Source of the DNA: Sphaeroforma arctica JP610
Lineage: Eukaryota
Length of the DNA stretch: 37,108 bases
Direction of reading: 5' to 3'
Assembly (NCBI RefSeq): GCF_001186125.1
Contig: NW_014040532.1
Coordinates: 147,662-184,769, forward strand
Below, piece by piece: positions 1 to 13,434 of the stretch. Position numbers and translations under genes: made by a program. Within the stretch, counting starts at the first letter, position 1. The number at the start of each line of letters is the position of its first letter. The notes under the pieces were generated by a model. That model was not told where the DNA came from, did no database searches, and saw only the letters and a program-made list of their open reading frames with translations.

Positions 1-1
1 A

Positions 2-38
<37 letters not shown>

Positions 39-130
39 TATATATATAAATATAGATATATATATATATATCTATAAATATATGTGTGTGTGTGTGTATG
101 TACGTTGGTAACTGAATATATATATATAGA
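1..130. repeat. Compound (TG)n/(TA)n microsatellite
   Basis: Dinucleotide runs are directly visible. Confidence 0.95.
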
Positions 131-1266
131 TAAATACATAGCCCAGCTTTCGTTGTCGCTTCACTTTTTCATAATACATTCCTAGGGATGACTTTATCAC
201 GTTGAGTTACGATTAGTATATTGCATTACAGATAGTGGCTGAGAACAGTTCGTAAATAATCATATCGACTGCATCAATATCGCTGAGTACTAGGTTCTAG
301 GCATCGTAGCAAAAGACGCCTTGCTGAAGAAGAGGTGGAATGAGCCTGCGTAGCTAGGTACTGCATCGATACTATCCTCATACTATGAACGTGGTTTCTT
401 TCACACATATGTATCCATAATAAATCCTTTACGTGACTACTGTTTGTTACTGCACGAACACGCATATTTTTGAGTTGGACGCAATTCGGTTCTTGGACAA
501 CACATACGATACAAATTGTACAGTCAAGGATAGGTAGGGTGTGCCTATGTCATGACTACAATTTATTGTATAGCAGGTTACGCTTAATGCCGTCTGCTAG
601 AGTCCACGGACTATATGAAAGGCAAGAGACCTAAAACATAAAGTGTACTTGTAACCAGAGCATAGCGTAGTGGGCGTGTATATCTAAGGCAACTTCTACA
701 TAAAAAGGAAAATATCATAGCCTCGCGTACATAAATACAAACGTAAATAAATACAACCCATTAAGGGGGTTGATAGGGTTTCTGGTTTTTTGTAAACCCT
801 ACATAGGATGATTTTTGTGTGAAATATTTGTACACATTAGGTATGCCTGACAGGTGTGTTTGTATTTGTACTGGCGATCCTGCGAGATTACGATGATTGC
901 GTTCAAGAGGCAGCTATCGCCGCTATGCGTGCACGAGGCTTTGTATGGGCAACTGTCTACTTACACAGTTATTCACCCACTTTAGCGTTCAGGGCTAACA
1001 CCTCGAGGTTTTCTTCCCCAGAAAATAATAGGTAATCAGTGTGCAGTCGGTATGTATGCTCGATCAAGCGATGGTTATTTAACAATTGTTTTCTAATTTC
1101 TGCTATGATTGTGTAATTTTAAATATTATGTACATGTTTGCAATCCCACACTAGGGGGTTGACAAATATCTTGGAATTTTAACTTTAGGATTATCGTATA
1201 TATATAAAATATATTTATATATATATATATATATTATATATATGTATATCTATATATTCTATATAT

Positions 1267-1732
1267 NNNNNNNNNNNNNNNNNNNNNNNNNNNNNNNNNN
1301 NNNNNNNNNNNNNNNNNNNNNNNNNNNNNNNNNNNNNNNNNNNNNNNNNNNNNNNNNNNNNNNNNNNNNNNNNNNNNNNNNNNNNNNNNNNNNNNNNNNN
1401 NNNNNNNNNNNNNNNNNNNNNNNNNNNNNNNNNNNNNNNNNNNNNNNNNNNNNNNNNNNNNNNNNNNNNNNNNNNNNNNNNNNNNNNNNNNNNNNNNNNN
1501 NNNNNNNNNNNNNNNNNNNNNNNNNNNNNNNNNNNNNNNNNNNNNNNNNNNNNNNNNNNNNNNNNNNNNNNNNNNNNNNNNNNNNNNNNNNNNNNNNNNN
1601 NNNNNNNNNNNNNNNNNNNNNNNNNNNNNNNNNNNNNNNNNNNNNNNNNNNNNNNNNNNNNNNNNNNNNNNNNNNNNNNNNNNNNNNNNNNNNNNNNNNN
1701 NNNNNNNNNNNNNNNNNNNNNNNNNNNNNNNN
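1267..1732. other. Assembly gap (N run) flanked by (TA)n
   Basis: Run of n with TA repeats on both sides. Confidence 0.99.
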
Positions 1733-2070
1733 ATATATATAAGCAATACCGCGTACGCTTTATGATTGCATGTTCGAATGACTTCCCTATACTCTCACGA
1801 TCAACTGTGTCGTTGATCGTATTCTTATGGCCAAACACTCGCCCTATGACTTTGTTGTTCCCAAAAAAAACTACGTGTTGCAACTCTGAGCACGCTCAAT
1901 AACCTTTCAGATTGTTCGACTTTAGCTAACCCCCCCCCCCCCCCCCCCAACTCATATCGAAAGTCTACTATATCTTTACCTCGAGCTGCATTTAGAGTAC
2001 TACAGCACCTTACAAAACACAGAAAAGCACCAAAAGACCAATCTTAATGCTTGTTAACTCAAATATACAG

Positions 2071-2590
2071 GAACATTCCAGCACACCTGAGCTCGCTCCG
2101 CACTTTTGGAACAAAGCCCAATACTGACGGATTGGCATATAAATGCGAGTGGCCTTCTTGTGTTTTTGCTTGTGCTTTCCCTAGTGCCCTACGTGTTCAT
2201 ATGCGTGTGCATACTGGGGAACGCCCTTACTCTTGCGAACATCCTGGTTGCGGAAAAAAGTTTAAAATCAGCAGCCAATTGAAAGAACATTTGCGTGTGC
2301 ATACTGGAGAACGCCCCTACTCTTGCGAACATCCTGGTTGTGGAAGGAAGTTTACAAATCACACCGGTCTGAGGGTACATATGCGTGGGCATACTGGAGA
2401 ACGTCCCTACTCTTGCGAGCATCCTGGTTGTGAAAAGAAGTTTACAACTCACTCCGTTCTGAGGGTACATATGCGTGTGCATACTGGGGAACGCCCTTAT
2501 GTGTGTGACTTTCCTGGCTGTGGCAAAGGCTTTACACAGCAGTCTGGTCTGAACTATCATCTGAAATCACATAATGTTAAGTCACTATAA
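2071..2590 (+). CDS. C2H2 zinc-finger protein, terminal exon with 5 tandem CX4C fingers (5' exons not identified)
   Basis: Five C-x4-C-x12-H-x3-H units joined by canonical HTGERPY linkers at a 90-bp period. There is no ATG at the ORF start. A likely acceptor ...ttaactcaaatatacag| ends at 2070 and the stop TAA is at 2588-2590. Confidence 0.88.
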
Positions 2591-3554
2591 TTTACAGTTT
2601 CTTTTTCTTGGCTTTACATAATACTACGTGAGATATACACCCACAAGCTAATAACAGTCGGTGTTCATGCAGAGCCTGAGATTTCGCCAGAATTGTGAGC
2701 ATCAGCATTTGAAAGCAATAAACCAAACAAATATAAAAAATTGATCGAATACAGAAGAGTAATATTTAAGTTCATGTATAGACGAGCTTCATGAACACAG
2801 ATTCGATATTCAAGTATAGAGCCTCTACATGACTCAACAGTGTCAATTGATCACACTATGTTCCCGGTCTTGTGTGTCCACTACAACCCGTTGCATTTGA
2901 CTGGGAAGAATGGGATATGAGCTAATACGCGAATAGTGCTATTTTGAACACATCATTTACCGCTTTTATATGCGCACGTACATCTCCTCATAAGATGTCT
3001 GAGACTCACGACATTGTCATGCCTCATCACATTCAAAAACGATCATGAAGACTGATTCCAATTCTTGTCTCATATTAAACAGCATAAACTGCCGTCTTTA
3101 GAATATTTCTCCTCAGGTTTATTACCGATTTCAATGGATTTCAATGTGAGCCTTTTTTTTCTCGCGATTTTTAGCCACCGATCACTGAACTACGTAGCTT
3201 TCCTTTTATATACAGGTGTGCTATAAACGTTCAATATTCATCAACGATTGGGATTTGGTAGATAAGGGATACACCTTGGCCACTTGATCGCACGAATTTA
3301 TTTTTGTCGGTACAGTGGAATTGTGCCATAAAACTCATTGAAGAGCTTTTCCTTGTGTGTGAGAAAACTCGAAATACGTCGGACTTGAATCTATATTTGT
3401 GTACATACTAGATGCTCATAATGTACACGTGAAAATACAGCTCAAGTCTGTCTTATATTACACAAATAAATACTCTTCATAGTGACCCTTCGTCGATACT
3501 TGGATGACAAATGTGTGTTCCACGGATCAAACGTGCGCGAGGAGTACGGACATT

Positions 3555-3767
3555 GCATTGATGAGTTAAAAGCATACCACCTGTTTATCGTGACATGATT
3601 GTTGTTCTGTGAGTTGCACCTGGAGATTGCATTATTGAGTCAAAAGCACACCACCTGTTTATCGTGACATGATTGTCGTTCTGTGAGCTACACCTGGAGA
3701 TTGCTTTATTGAGTTAAAAGCACCCCACTTGTTTATCGTGATATGATTATTGTTCTGTGAGCTACAC
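3555..3767. repeat. 74-bp tandem repeat, about 3 copies
   Basis: gagt(t/c)aaaagca...tttatcgtga...ttctgtgag recurs at 3563, 3637 and 3711. Confidence 0.9.
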
Positions 3768-3963
3768 TGCGCCTAGGCGGTCATCGCTATTCCAAGAACT
3801 ATGAGGACTGTCTTTCGAAGCGCGTCTTATTTTACTGGCAATATTCAATTCGTTTACGAATATATCAAGCAACCAGAACCGACAGGCTTACATTCGAGGT
3901 GAACTTTATTTCATTCGCTCTCATATGAGGTCTGTACCTAAATTACAATGTATGTACATATAC

Positions 3964-6695
3964 TTATTTCGTGTGGGCATCTCCGAATTGTGTGCGCAGA
4001 GTCTCGACGGCCAGCAGCGTGATCATAGCATGGGGTGCAATACGGAAGTAGTAGGTCATGAACCCATTGTAGAAGGCAAAGGGACCCTCTGTCTTGGCAA
4101 CTGCGTTTGGGATAGAAGGGAATGATGGATTAGCACAGCACGTTTAAGCGAGGCGAGGCGACCACACACAGTACTCGCACTAATACGTAGTGCACAAGGC
4201 AACAGCTATAACCCCAGCCGCTACACGATGCGAAACATCTTGTGTGATACCTGATATTGTATATAACATAGAACAGCATTTAGTTGGGCGATCCAAAACC
4301 CTAAGTGCATAGTTGGGCGATATGTCCGTTAACCCTTGTTGTTCGGACGGGGCATCACCCGGATACCAATCGCATTCAAGTAACAGTATGTATGCAGAGA
4401 AAACACGAATGTGTACACAGCTACATACCCTTAGCAAAGCAATCTAAAGTGTTCTTGTACGGCATGGTACCGTCAGGCCTGGCCTTCATCTTCTGCATAC
4501 GCGTCTTGACAAAGTCGAACGGCAACGAGAAGAAGGACGCAAAGAACCCGGCAACCGCTGAGGAGGCAAAGTTAGTGGCCTTTCCGGGACCCATGAGGCT
4601 AGTCATGGTCTCCTTGGACTGATCGTAAGTGGCAAGCATACCACAGTTGAGGGCCATAGCACGCGCAACAGTGGGTAGACAGCCTCTCCACCATCCCAGA
4701 ATACCGTCATCCTTCGCGATCTTACTGTGTGTAGAAGATGCGGGAGTAAGAAATCGATAAGCGAGTGCTTCTGCAATGTGGGTTGATTTAAATGGAAAAT
4801 ATAAGCGGTGTGTTGACACACGGGAAATACAACGCAGATTTGGTCGTGATAATTGCAGGTACTGGACTCAAGACAATTATTGACATCAGCCAATGTGACA
4901 ACAATCGATGCGAGAGCCAGAAATTCTTCTCACAGCACTTAACTTAGCTGCATCCCGTTTAACCACGTGTCATCCGGCCAAATATATTGTGGGTATGTCG
5001 TGCGCAATTGTATGCATAAATGTATACTGCAAATTCGCAAACAAGCATACATGTATCTATATGCTTTCGCATGTGTAGACACTGCTGATACAAACCTCCC
5101 AAAAACAAATTGATTCAATGTCGAAGGGATCAATAAAAATACAGCGGATTGATGATAGAATCTCAATCACATTCAAAATTATACGGGATCACGTGCATCT
5201 ATAGGTAAGGGTAAATGAGCATTAAAAGCAATTTTGTTACCGTTTAACTCCTGCACGAATCCTTTCACCATTAAGATCTACGATACTGCCTAAAAACGCT
5301 ACAAACATGCACTAGCCAAGAAATTCTTTTAAAAACACAGAAGCAAAATCGAGCTGCGACGAAGTGAGCAAGAATACTATCAACAACAATATACTCAACG
5401 CACAGATAACATCACATGGTGAGAATAAGACCATCAGAATCCAGAAACACAAGTCACTGCACACTGCCACTCACAAACTATACAACATACGCTAACGCGT
5501 CGAAGACGTTTTTGTAGCCACGGCGCTCGGCAGCAGGTAGTGTGGAATCGGCCTGCATTCGGATTAGAGCCAGATCACATGGGTTGCCGATGGTCGCACC
5601 TAGACCTCCGGCTGTGAGACTACACGCCACACGCTGTGCAAAGGATATCTTACCATCAGGGCCTTTGACCTTCTCTGTGAGTGTCTTGAAGATGCCCATG
5701 CGTGCAGTTGTGTAGGTAGCCTGACGAAGCAGTCCGGCGGACAGTCCTGTAATCAAATAGAGTGAGATTGCAATCGAACGTCAATAATTTGCTCAAATTG
5801 CAACTGCTAAAAATGCATGGGTTTATGAGGCGTGTTGATAATGTAATGCCCTTGTTAATTTCCCTAGAGTGGAAAGCGTTGGAAATGTAATAATGTCAGT
5901 ATCGACAAACACATACGTAGATCAAACTGATGCCAATATACTAACAAACTTCCGGGTCGAATATTTGTTAACCTACGCTGACTCTGTATACGTATATATA
6001 TATATATGAGCTTATACAAGTATTTCCCTTATACTGTACCACAAGAAAATAATTAAGGAATTATAATTCGATACTATTAGCAAGTACAGGTAGTAGACAC
6101 TTCAGTTGGAATACGAAGATCGGTACTTGATACCATAATTCTAAATTAGATTTGCAGCTGCTGCTGACGATTACTGATTTCAATGCAGGTGGCATTTACA
6201 CATTTCGACTAAGGGTCACTGCACTTCTTTTTAAATCGTATGAAACCAAATACATCTAATCCATTTCATTATAATTTTAAAAATCCGGTCTCACTCCTAC
6301 AGTGGTGCACAACTTGCGGGCGTAACAAAGGCCAGAGGAATCAAAATTCACTGGAATGCTAAAGATAAGACAATAGAATGGACAAGTACCACAACCGTGC
6401 GTGCTGTTCTACATATCAGACTATTCCCAGGCACTATGAATCGTAGACTACTTGCTCACCACTTGCTCTGACCCGATCACATACCTCTGTATAATGAGAG
6501 AACACCGTCGTTTCGGACGATTTGTGCTCCCATGGTGAAGGGATTGCTACTCTTCACAGCGCCACCCTCCCCTGTAAGCTGCAGTCGGACCTTGATGAGA
6601 TCAACAGGCTGAATGCACGAGGTGGCGATCATACCTGACACACCACCGTATGCGAACGGCTGTAACGTTTTCCACAGATCTCCAGAAGTGTCCAT
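3964..6695 (-). CDS. Mitochondrial carrier (SLC25), dicarboxylate/tricarboxylate (DTC) or 2-oxoglutarate/malate type. Exons 6695-6485, 5746-5491, 4724-4429, 4100-3964; 299 aa
   Basis: Three carrier signatures Px[DE]xx[KI]x[RK] (PVDLIKVR, PCDLALIR, PFDFVKTR). It has the motifs GLSAGLLRQATYTTAR, RMQADSTLP, PTVARAMALN and RIAPH typical of DTC/OGC. All introns are GTATGT...CAG and phase-compatible, and the spliced length is 900 nt ending in TAA. Confidence 0.95.
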
Positions 6696-8813
6696 TTTGT
6701 AAAAAAATTTGACCTGTGCAGCAAAATTACGATTGGATTGCTTTTTAATACATCGTGACGATGTAGCGTATAGCCTTTTTAGCTTATATTACATCAATAT
6801 CATTATGCACAGCACCAGCGATGTAACTTTTACGGAAACCGCTTCAAATACCGCGTCCCCGGAATTAACGAATGGGGCAACGTCAAAAAAACAAGTACAT
6901 CTACTATTAGAAGATTAAATATCACTCTGCAGAACTACAGAGAGCAATCGTGCTTTCGATCGCACGTTGTATTGAACCGATTGACAAAGAATTCACCAAA
7001 AAAACCCTTCATACTGGTATACAGCAGACATTGCATACTATAGCAAGACACGAACACGATAAGATGAGAAGCCCACGCAAAAAGCGTTTTAAAGGCCCCG
7101 GTGATTGATACATATGACTAGTCTGTTGCGCGACTAAACTGTGATATGAACTAGCTCTTGGATGATCAAACATCCATAAAAAGCAGTTCAAAGATTCATC
7201 GTGTACTTACCGTCAGTTCCAAGGTATGGCTGTGAAAAGTAGTGCGGTTTGCATGCTGGTTTTGTATACTCTTCGCCCACTGAAAAATTTCTGCACCGGT
7301 AAAAATCAGAGGCGTCTCCTTTCCCAATCTTTTGTGGATACACAAAACACAACACCCCGCTTCCTGTTGACACTTTCAAGCTTTCAACTTTCTCTCTAGC
7401 TGTGGCACTGGCAGATGTCAGAAGAGGCATCGGTCAGTGACTCCGAGTAACATTCGTGAGGGCATCAGCCCCCATATCATTCGTAATACGGAAAACCTGC
7501 AACAGTGCATGCTTTTTATTTGATCTATTTTACCATCATCAAAATTAAGTAATTGCAACAACTCAACCGACTTTCATGAAACTGGCAGTTTTTAAAATCG
7601 TTTAATACATGTCGTATACTAATGCTCCTCTGGCTTTTTACCTCAAATCTATGATAAAAATAACGAGATTATTTAAAATACGAACGCAAATTTGTCGGTA
7701 ATCATTTCAGACATAAGAAATGTATACAACATAATTTCAATAAATTGAAGTAAATACCATGTCTTCACTGTTGTGAACGGCGGACTAGTTCCCTGGCCAG
7801 TGCGCATATAGTCACACGCGCTCACTGAGTGGTCCAAATGGTAAATAGTACACTGAGCTTTTCAGATCAATTTTAAAAATATAGACCAAAAAGAAAGATT
7901 CGATTTTAGGGTTTTTACTTTTTAGGAGTCTCTGTGAGAGGCATTCTCAAAAAGGGGGGAAAGGATACAATGGAAATGCCGTTTTCGGTTGAAAATCACT
8001 GGAAGCAGTCCTCTAAAAATTCTGTCGACCAGTCAGTAGTACAGTACCCCTGTGATCGATGGCGCTCCTACAAATACGGGAAAAAAAACACATGAACAAG
8101 ACATGTCGTAAACTAAAATTCAAGCTGGTAGTCACATTGACCCAATAGAAACTTCGTATCAGTGAAAACTCGATCTCAGCTGTCTGAAAATTCAGGATCG
8201 TGTTACAGAGCAAACATACTGAATTGTAATTGGTTCAATAGTTCTAGAATCGAAACGTCGAAATGCTCCTATTTTATCATATATAAAATATAAGCATCAT
8301 AATAAAAAACCGAAAACCCTTGTTCTTTTTCTCATAAAATATATATATTTATGTAAATATGTCTGTTTCAATATAGAAGGCTATGATATGTCGAGCTTTG
8401 TTTCCCGGTTTCCGGGCTGCCGCCGCCCGCCTGCCGGCCGCCGTTCATTTTTTTTATTTAACAAATTGTAATATATAAGATATCCAAATGGTAAACTAGG
8501 TTTCTAAGCTTCTAGTAACGAACTGCCAACAACCTGCTCTCGCCAGAAAATAAACGCAAAAACAAATAAAAAAACTTCCTCATCATGGCAATGGCTTACT
8601 CACATCTGACAAACTTGTCATCGCACAAAAACTACATATTTGCTGACTGCTGTCGTTTGGTGAGTGTGTGTGTGAGTGTGAAAATCAAACGTCGCCTTCA
8701 TATTTTTCGTTCATGTATGAGACAGGTGTAAAAATACATTGGAAGTGCTATTCAAATTAGACTGCGAGACCTACTTAGACCTGTAAGACTTGCTGTCAAG
8801 TTGTATCTACAAC

Positions 8814-9080
8814 ATGTCGGCACAGGAGCTTATGAGACAAATGATGGACGACCTCATGGGTCAAAACAGAAACGGTGACAAGACTTCCCCTGACTTGGTG
8901 TTCACAGATCACGAAGTGTGCAAACCTTTCCTCTTGGGAGTCTGCACCAGAGAGCTCTTCATTAATACTGTATGTATGGTCTATTATTGAACACAAACTC
9001 GGAACTCTTTTACTAATATGGCATACTGTACAAACGTTATTGTGTGTTTGTTGGATACTTAAAATTCACATACGTCGACT

Positions 9081-9119
<39 letters not shown>

Positions 9120-9122
9120 ATG

Positions 9123-9174
<52 letters not shown>

Positions 9175-9212
9175 TATATATGTATGTATAATATATATAT
9201 ATATGTATATAT

Positions 9213-9244
<32 letters not shown>

Positions 9245-9342
9245 ATGTGTGTGTGTGTGTGTGTTTGTGTGTGTGTATGTATAATATATTTATGTATGTA
9301 TGTATGTATGTATGTATGTATGTATTTAAATATGTATGTATA

Positions 9343-9374
<32 letters not shown>

Positions 9375-9485
9375 TTGTGTGCTTATGCATTTATGTATAT
9401 ATTTTTATATATTTATATATATATATATATTTGTGTGTGTGTATGTATGCATGTATTTATGAATGTATGTATATATGTATGTATA

Positions 9486-9517
<32 letters not shown>

Positions 9518-10084
9518 GTATGTATATATATGTGTGTGTTTGTGTGTGTGTATGTATAATATATTTATGTATGTATGTATGTATTTATATATGTATGTAT
9601 AATATAAATATATATATATGTGTGTGTGTGTGTTTGTGTGCTTATGCATTTATGTATATATTTTTATATATTTATATATATATATATATATGTATATATA
9701 TGTGTGTGTGTATGTATGCATGTATTTATGAATGTATGTGTGTATGTATGAATTTATGTATATTCATATACATATGCATATGTATTTGTATATATTCATA
9801 AGTATATGTATGTATAATATATTTATATATATATATATATACGGATCTATGTATAACATGTATAGCTATATATATTCACCTATGTAAATATGTAAATATA
9901 TATTCGAATGCATATATATATATATATATATATGGTTATATATATATTTATAAGCATATATGTATATATATGGGTGTGGGCGTGTGTATTTATATGACTA
10001 TGCATATTTATATAGATATATATTTATTTACTTACCCATATCTATTTCTTTGTTCATATCTGTATCGTTGTATATTAATACAAT

Positions 10085-10119
<35 letters not shown>

Positions 10120-10393
10120 AAGTTAGTGTGTATCTATACATTTTTCTATAATATTTTTCGTATTGCAAGCTTCATAAACGTGGCATTGTGTTTCTATATA
10201 GATACATATGATTATATATATCTATATATATATACCAGATTGTTTGCATATGTCATTTGCATATGTGCTGATATGTGTGTATTTCTTTGTGTATTTCTGT
10301 GCACACAATATATACATATGTCAACATATACAATGTATGAACTCGCATACATTGACGACTATTTGTTTATACATTTACTTGTATATGTATAAG

Positions 10394-10427
<34 letters not shown>

Positions 10428-13400
10428 CCTGTCTAATCCGTGCACTATATTTACTTATGTACGTGCTATTTTCAGTGTGGATTTAAAATGTATGCTATAA
10501 TATTTCACATTGGCATATATCTACTTATGTATTCGATTATCTTCATATGATTCATAGTCATAATACGATTGTATATGTACCTCGTATATGTATTGATAAG
10601 ACTGTACTAAATATTGTATCCAAAAATTTCATTTTAAAAGTAAGCCTTATGCGTATCTTTGTTTGTATGTATCCATTCTTACAATTTATCTATCCGTTTA
10701 TATACGAATTACTGTACATACAAGTATATGTATAAACACACACATATATATATAATATACGATCTCATAGCTATTCACGAAGAATAGTTTCTTGTTGGTG
10801 ACGGAGTGTTGCACTTTTTTCATGGCTTGTACATCTCTTCACACGCCTTGTCTGCTATGCGGTCTGGTTACTCTGAGAAGTTGTTGCTTTCTTTTTCAGA
10901 TGTAGTCTTGTTTGTCTGCGTTGAATCTGTACTGTGACGCTCATTTCCCGTACCTTTGCGTTGTGCATCGTAACGGACAGAAAAAAGAAGAGCCGCTCTG
11001 TGGTAAAGAACACGATGACAAACTCAAACTGGCTTATGAGGAAGCCGTGAAAAAGGGCAAAACATTCCCTTTTGAAGAGGATGTCCTGCAATTTCTAGAC
11101 TACAAAGTACGCGACATGGACCGAGAGCTCGGCCGGGCTCACGACCGACTGTCGGTGAGTTCAGTGAACGATTTCTCGTTCAACCTTGAATTGAATTAGC
11201 CGTTAAGCTGCACACGCATGTCTATTGGCTGTGTAGTTTCTTTAGTGTCGTATCTAGTATCGGTGTCGGATTTATCAGTAAGGTAGCCCCTTCTAAAGAT
11301 ATCGCTTATGTTCCTTGCTTCTCGTCAGTTAGATGCAGCTAAGAATGCCGTGTATGTGAATACTGAATATTTGAAACTTAAATTTTGATGGGAGAAAACC
11401 CGTGGTTTCTCGAGCGTCTGCTGAATCGAAGCTAAATATAACAATCTCTCGTTCCTAAGTTGCAACAAGCACCCATCGAAGATGTAGAGACACACAATAA
11501 GATCATGGACATTGCGAAGCAAATCGGTGAGAAGTTGGCCAAGGCCGAGGAGATGGGCGAGGAAGGCAAGGTGGACGATGCACAGGCTCTCATGGCCGAA
11601 GTCGAAAGTCTTAAGCGTGACAAGCTGGCAGCTGAGCGCTCTGTAGCGGTAGGTCGATGGGGTGGGGACTACGTCGTAGTCAAGTGTGTTCGGGGCTTTT
11701 CTAAGGGGTCAGGCCGTGGTTAGGCTTAGGATGTGGCGGCGTGTATATGTGTGCACTGGGTTGTGCGAGTACCCTGAGTTGTAGGACATTTGGGCTGGAG
11801 TTGACATGTGTAGTTAGCCGAGAGATTGCATCTCTTTTACTTGCTCATGTTTAATAATGTAATTGCCATTCGATGTACTTGTGTGTGCAAACGGGGCGTA
11901 TGTACGAACGCTTGTCTAGAGTTTTTAATCATCCTTTTCATGGTCTATTTGTACGCACATCGTTCTAAGGTTTTGACCGCGCTCGTCGATGTCCGTATTC
12001 ATGTACACCACTGGTGTCATATAGCGTGTGCGATCGATCGAGTCACACAGACGCTTGTTTCTGCTGTGCCCTATATACACAACACCTCGCTCTCAACTCA
12101 TCAACCCATACGCTGCGTTATCATCGCCTCAGAACGACGGTCCAGCGCAACAGCAATACCAGCAGCAGAAGTTGCGCGTGTGCGACGTCTGCTCTGCTCT
12201 GTTGTCTCAGTTTGACAGTGACCGGCGCTTGGCCGATCACTTCGGTGGCAAGGTGCATGCGGGCTGTTTGCGCTTACGTACGTTGCAGAAGGAGTGGAAG
12301 GAGAAGATCCTCGAACGCCGAAACAGACCCGTCAGCAGGGACGCTGAGGACAGAGACCGCAGTGACAGGTAAGGTGCTTGAGGGTGTGCTTACGTCTGTT
12401 GAAAACGGGCGTGTTTCTAGTTTTAGAGTTTTTAGGACAAGAAATAGATGGGGAAGTAGCCCAACCGCGCGATGTTCCCGTCTGTTAGGGCAGTTCGGTA
12501 TAGAAGGCATCGGCATGATTCAAGACCACACCTACAGTGGGAGAATGCGTGGCATTTGTGCTGGTGTTGGAGTGTGCTTGTTGATATTTGTCTATTGGTA
12601 TCGCGTGCACCTTTAATATTTTGTTAATGTCCCGATGGCTTGTAGATTAGAGCCCTTCGCTTGCACCTGAAAGATATATTGGACCTGGAATGTGTGACTC
12701 GAATATCTTATCAGTTACTGTAGAATGGTAGGAATTAAATGTTTCACTCCCTCTTTTTTATTGCACCAAGTGAGTGCCTGTACGCGTTCTTTCTGGTTTG
12801 GTCCTGAATTCCACTGACATTTTGCCCTCACTGCCACTCGTAGACGCGACAGGGATCGCGATGAAAAGACTAGCCGGTCGTCTAGGAGTGATAGAGACAG
12901 AAGCGATAAGGATCGAAGTGATAGAGATAGGGGCAGCGACCGCAGGGACAGAGACAGAGACCGCAGTTACCGCGAGAGGAGTGATAGAGACAGAAGTGAT
13001 AGAGATCGAAGTGACAGAGACATGAAGAGTAGGAGCCGAGACAGGCGCCGCAGCAGAAGCAGAGGCCGGTCAGAGCGACGCTCAAGGTGCGAGTGTGTGC
13101 TATATTGGCCTAGGCTTGTATATGTGTTTTGGTGAGGTGGAGGGAGGAGAGGTTATATTTGTTTGTTTTTTAGGGGGGAGGGGGGTCTATTTTGATGTTT
13201 TTTATTTCAAGTCGATGAGACAACGTTGATGCTGCGTTTATTTTGAGACTAATATGATTTACTAGCCTGGCAATACGTTCCCTTCCACTTCTCTGACTTA
13301 CACTTGTTGCTTATAGATTAGTTCGTTCCCCGCAATACGTTCCTTTCACTTGTTTCTGAGAAATAAATTCGTTCCTTACGTCTCCATACAGCCGCCGCAG

Positions 13401-13434
13401 CAGAAGTCGATCAAGAGAGCGCAGTCGCAGATGA
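8814..13434 (+). CDS. LUC7: LUC7-family U1 snRNP-associated splicing factor. Exons 8814-8969, 10981-11154, 11460-11648, 12133-12368, 12844-13086, 13392-13434; 346 aa
   Basis: N-terminal MMDDLMG; ZnF1 CKPFLLGVC...C...H; coiled coil [14 protein letters not shown]; ZnF2 [34 protein letters not shown]-rich C-terminus. The GT-AG introns are phase-consistent, giving 1041 nt ending in TGA. The exon 3 acceptor is AAG and less certain. Confidence 0.95.
9078..10430. repeat. Long compound (TA)/(TG)/(TATG) simple-repeat tract in LUC7 intron 1
   Basis: Directly visible. It contains re-duplicated blocks such as gtgtttgtgtgcttatgcatttatgtatatattttt at ~9373 and ~9630. Confidence 0.95.

Noticed and set aside
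200..1190. Faint chromodomain- or retroelement-like peptides (EY*VLGIV...) and slight resemblance to 35380-35720
   Set aside because: The similarity is too weak and fragmentary to support by eye.
1215..1883. ORFs spanning the N run
   Set aside because: They are artefacts of the assembly gap.
2189..2560. Antisense ORFs over real genes (also 4305-4622, 12882-13085, 26115-26528)
   Set aside because: They are shadows of the coding strand with no independent motifs.
3555..3767. Possible CRISPR array
   Set aside because: The units are contiguous with no unique spacers, the context is eukaryotic, and there are no cas genes.
7009..7500. Minus-strand ORFs with a plausible acceptor (~7497) and a GTAAGT donor (~7208)
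   Set aside because: No frame is open through the putative exon and there is no recognisable domain. It may be a UTR exon of the carrier gene.
8875..10735. Many Y/I/C/V/M- or H/T-rich ORFs (also 17698-18261 and 20263-21010)
   Set aside because: They are translations of (TA)/(TG) microsatellites inside introns.
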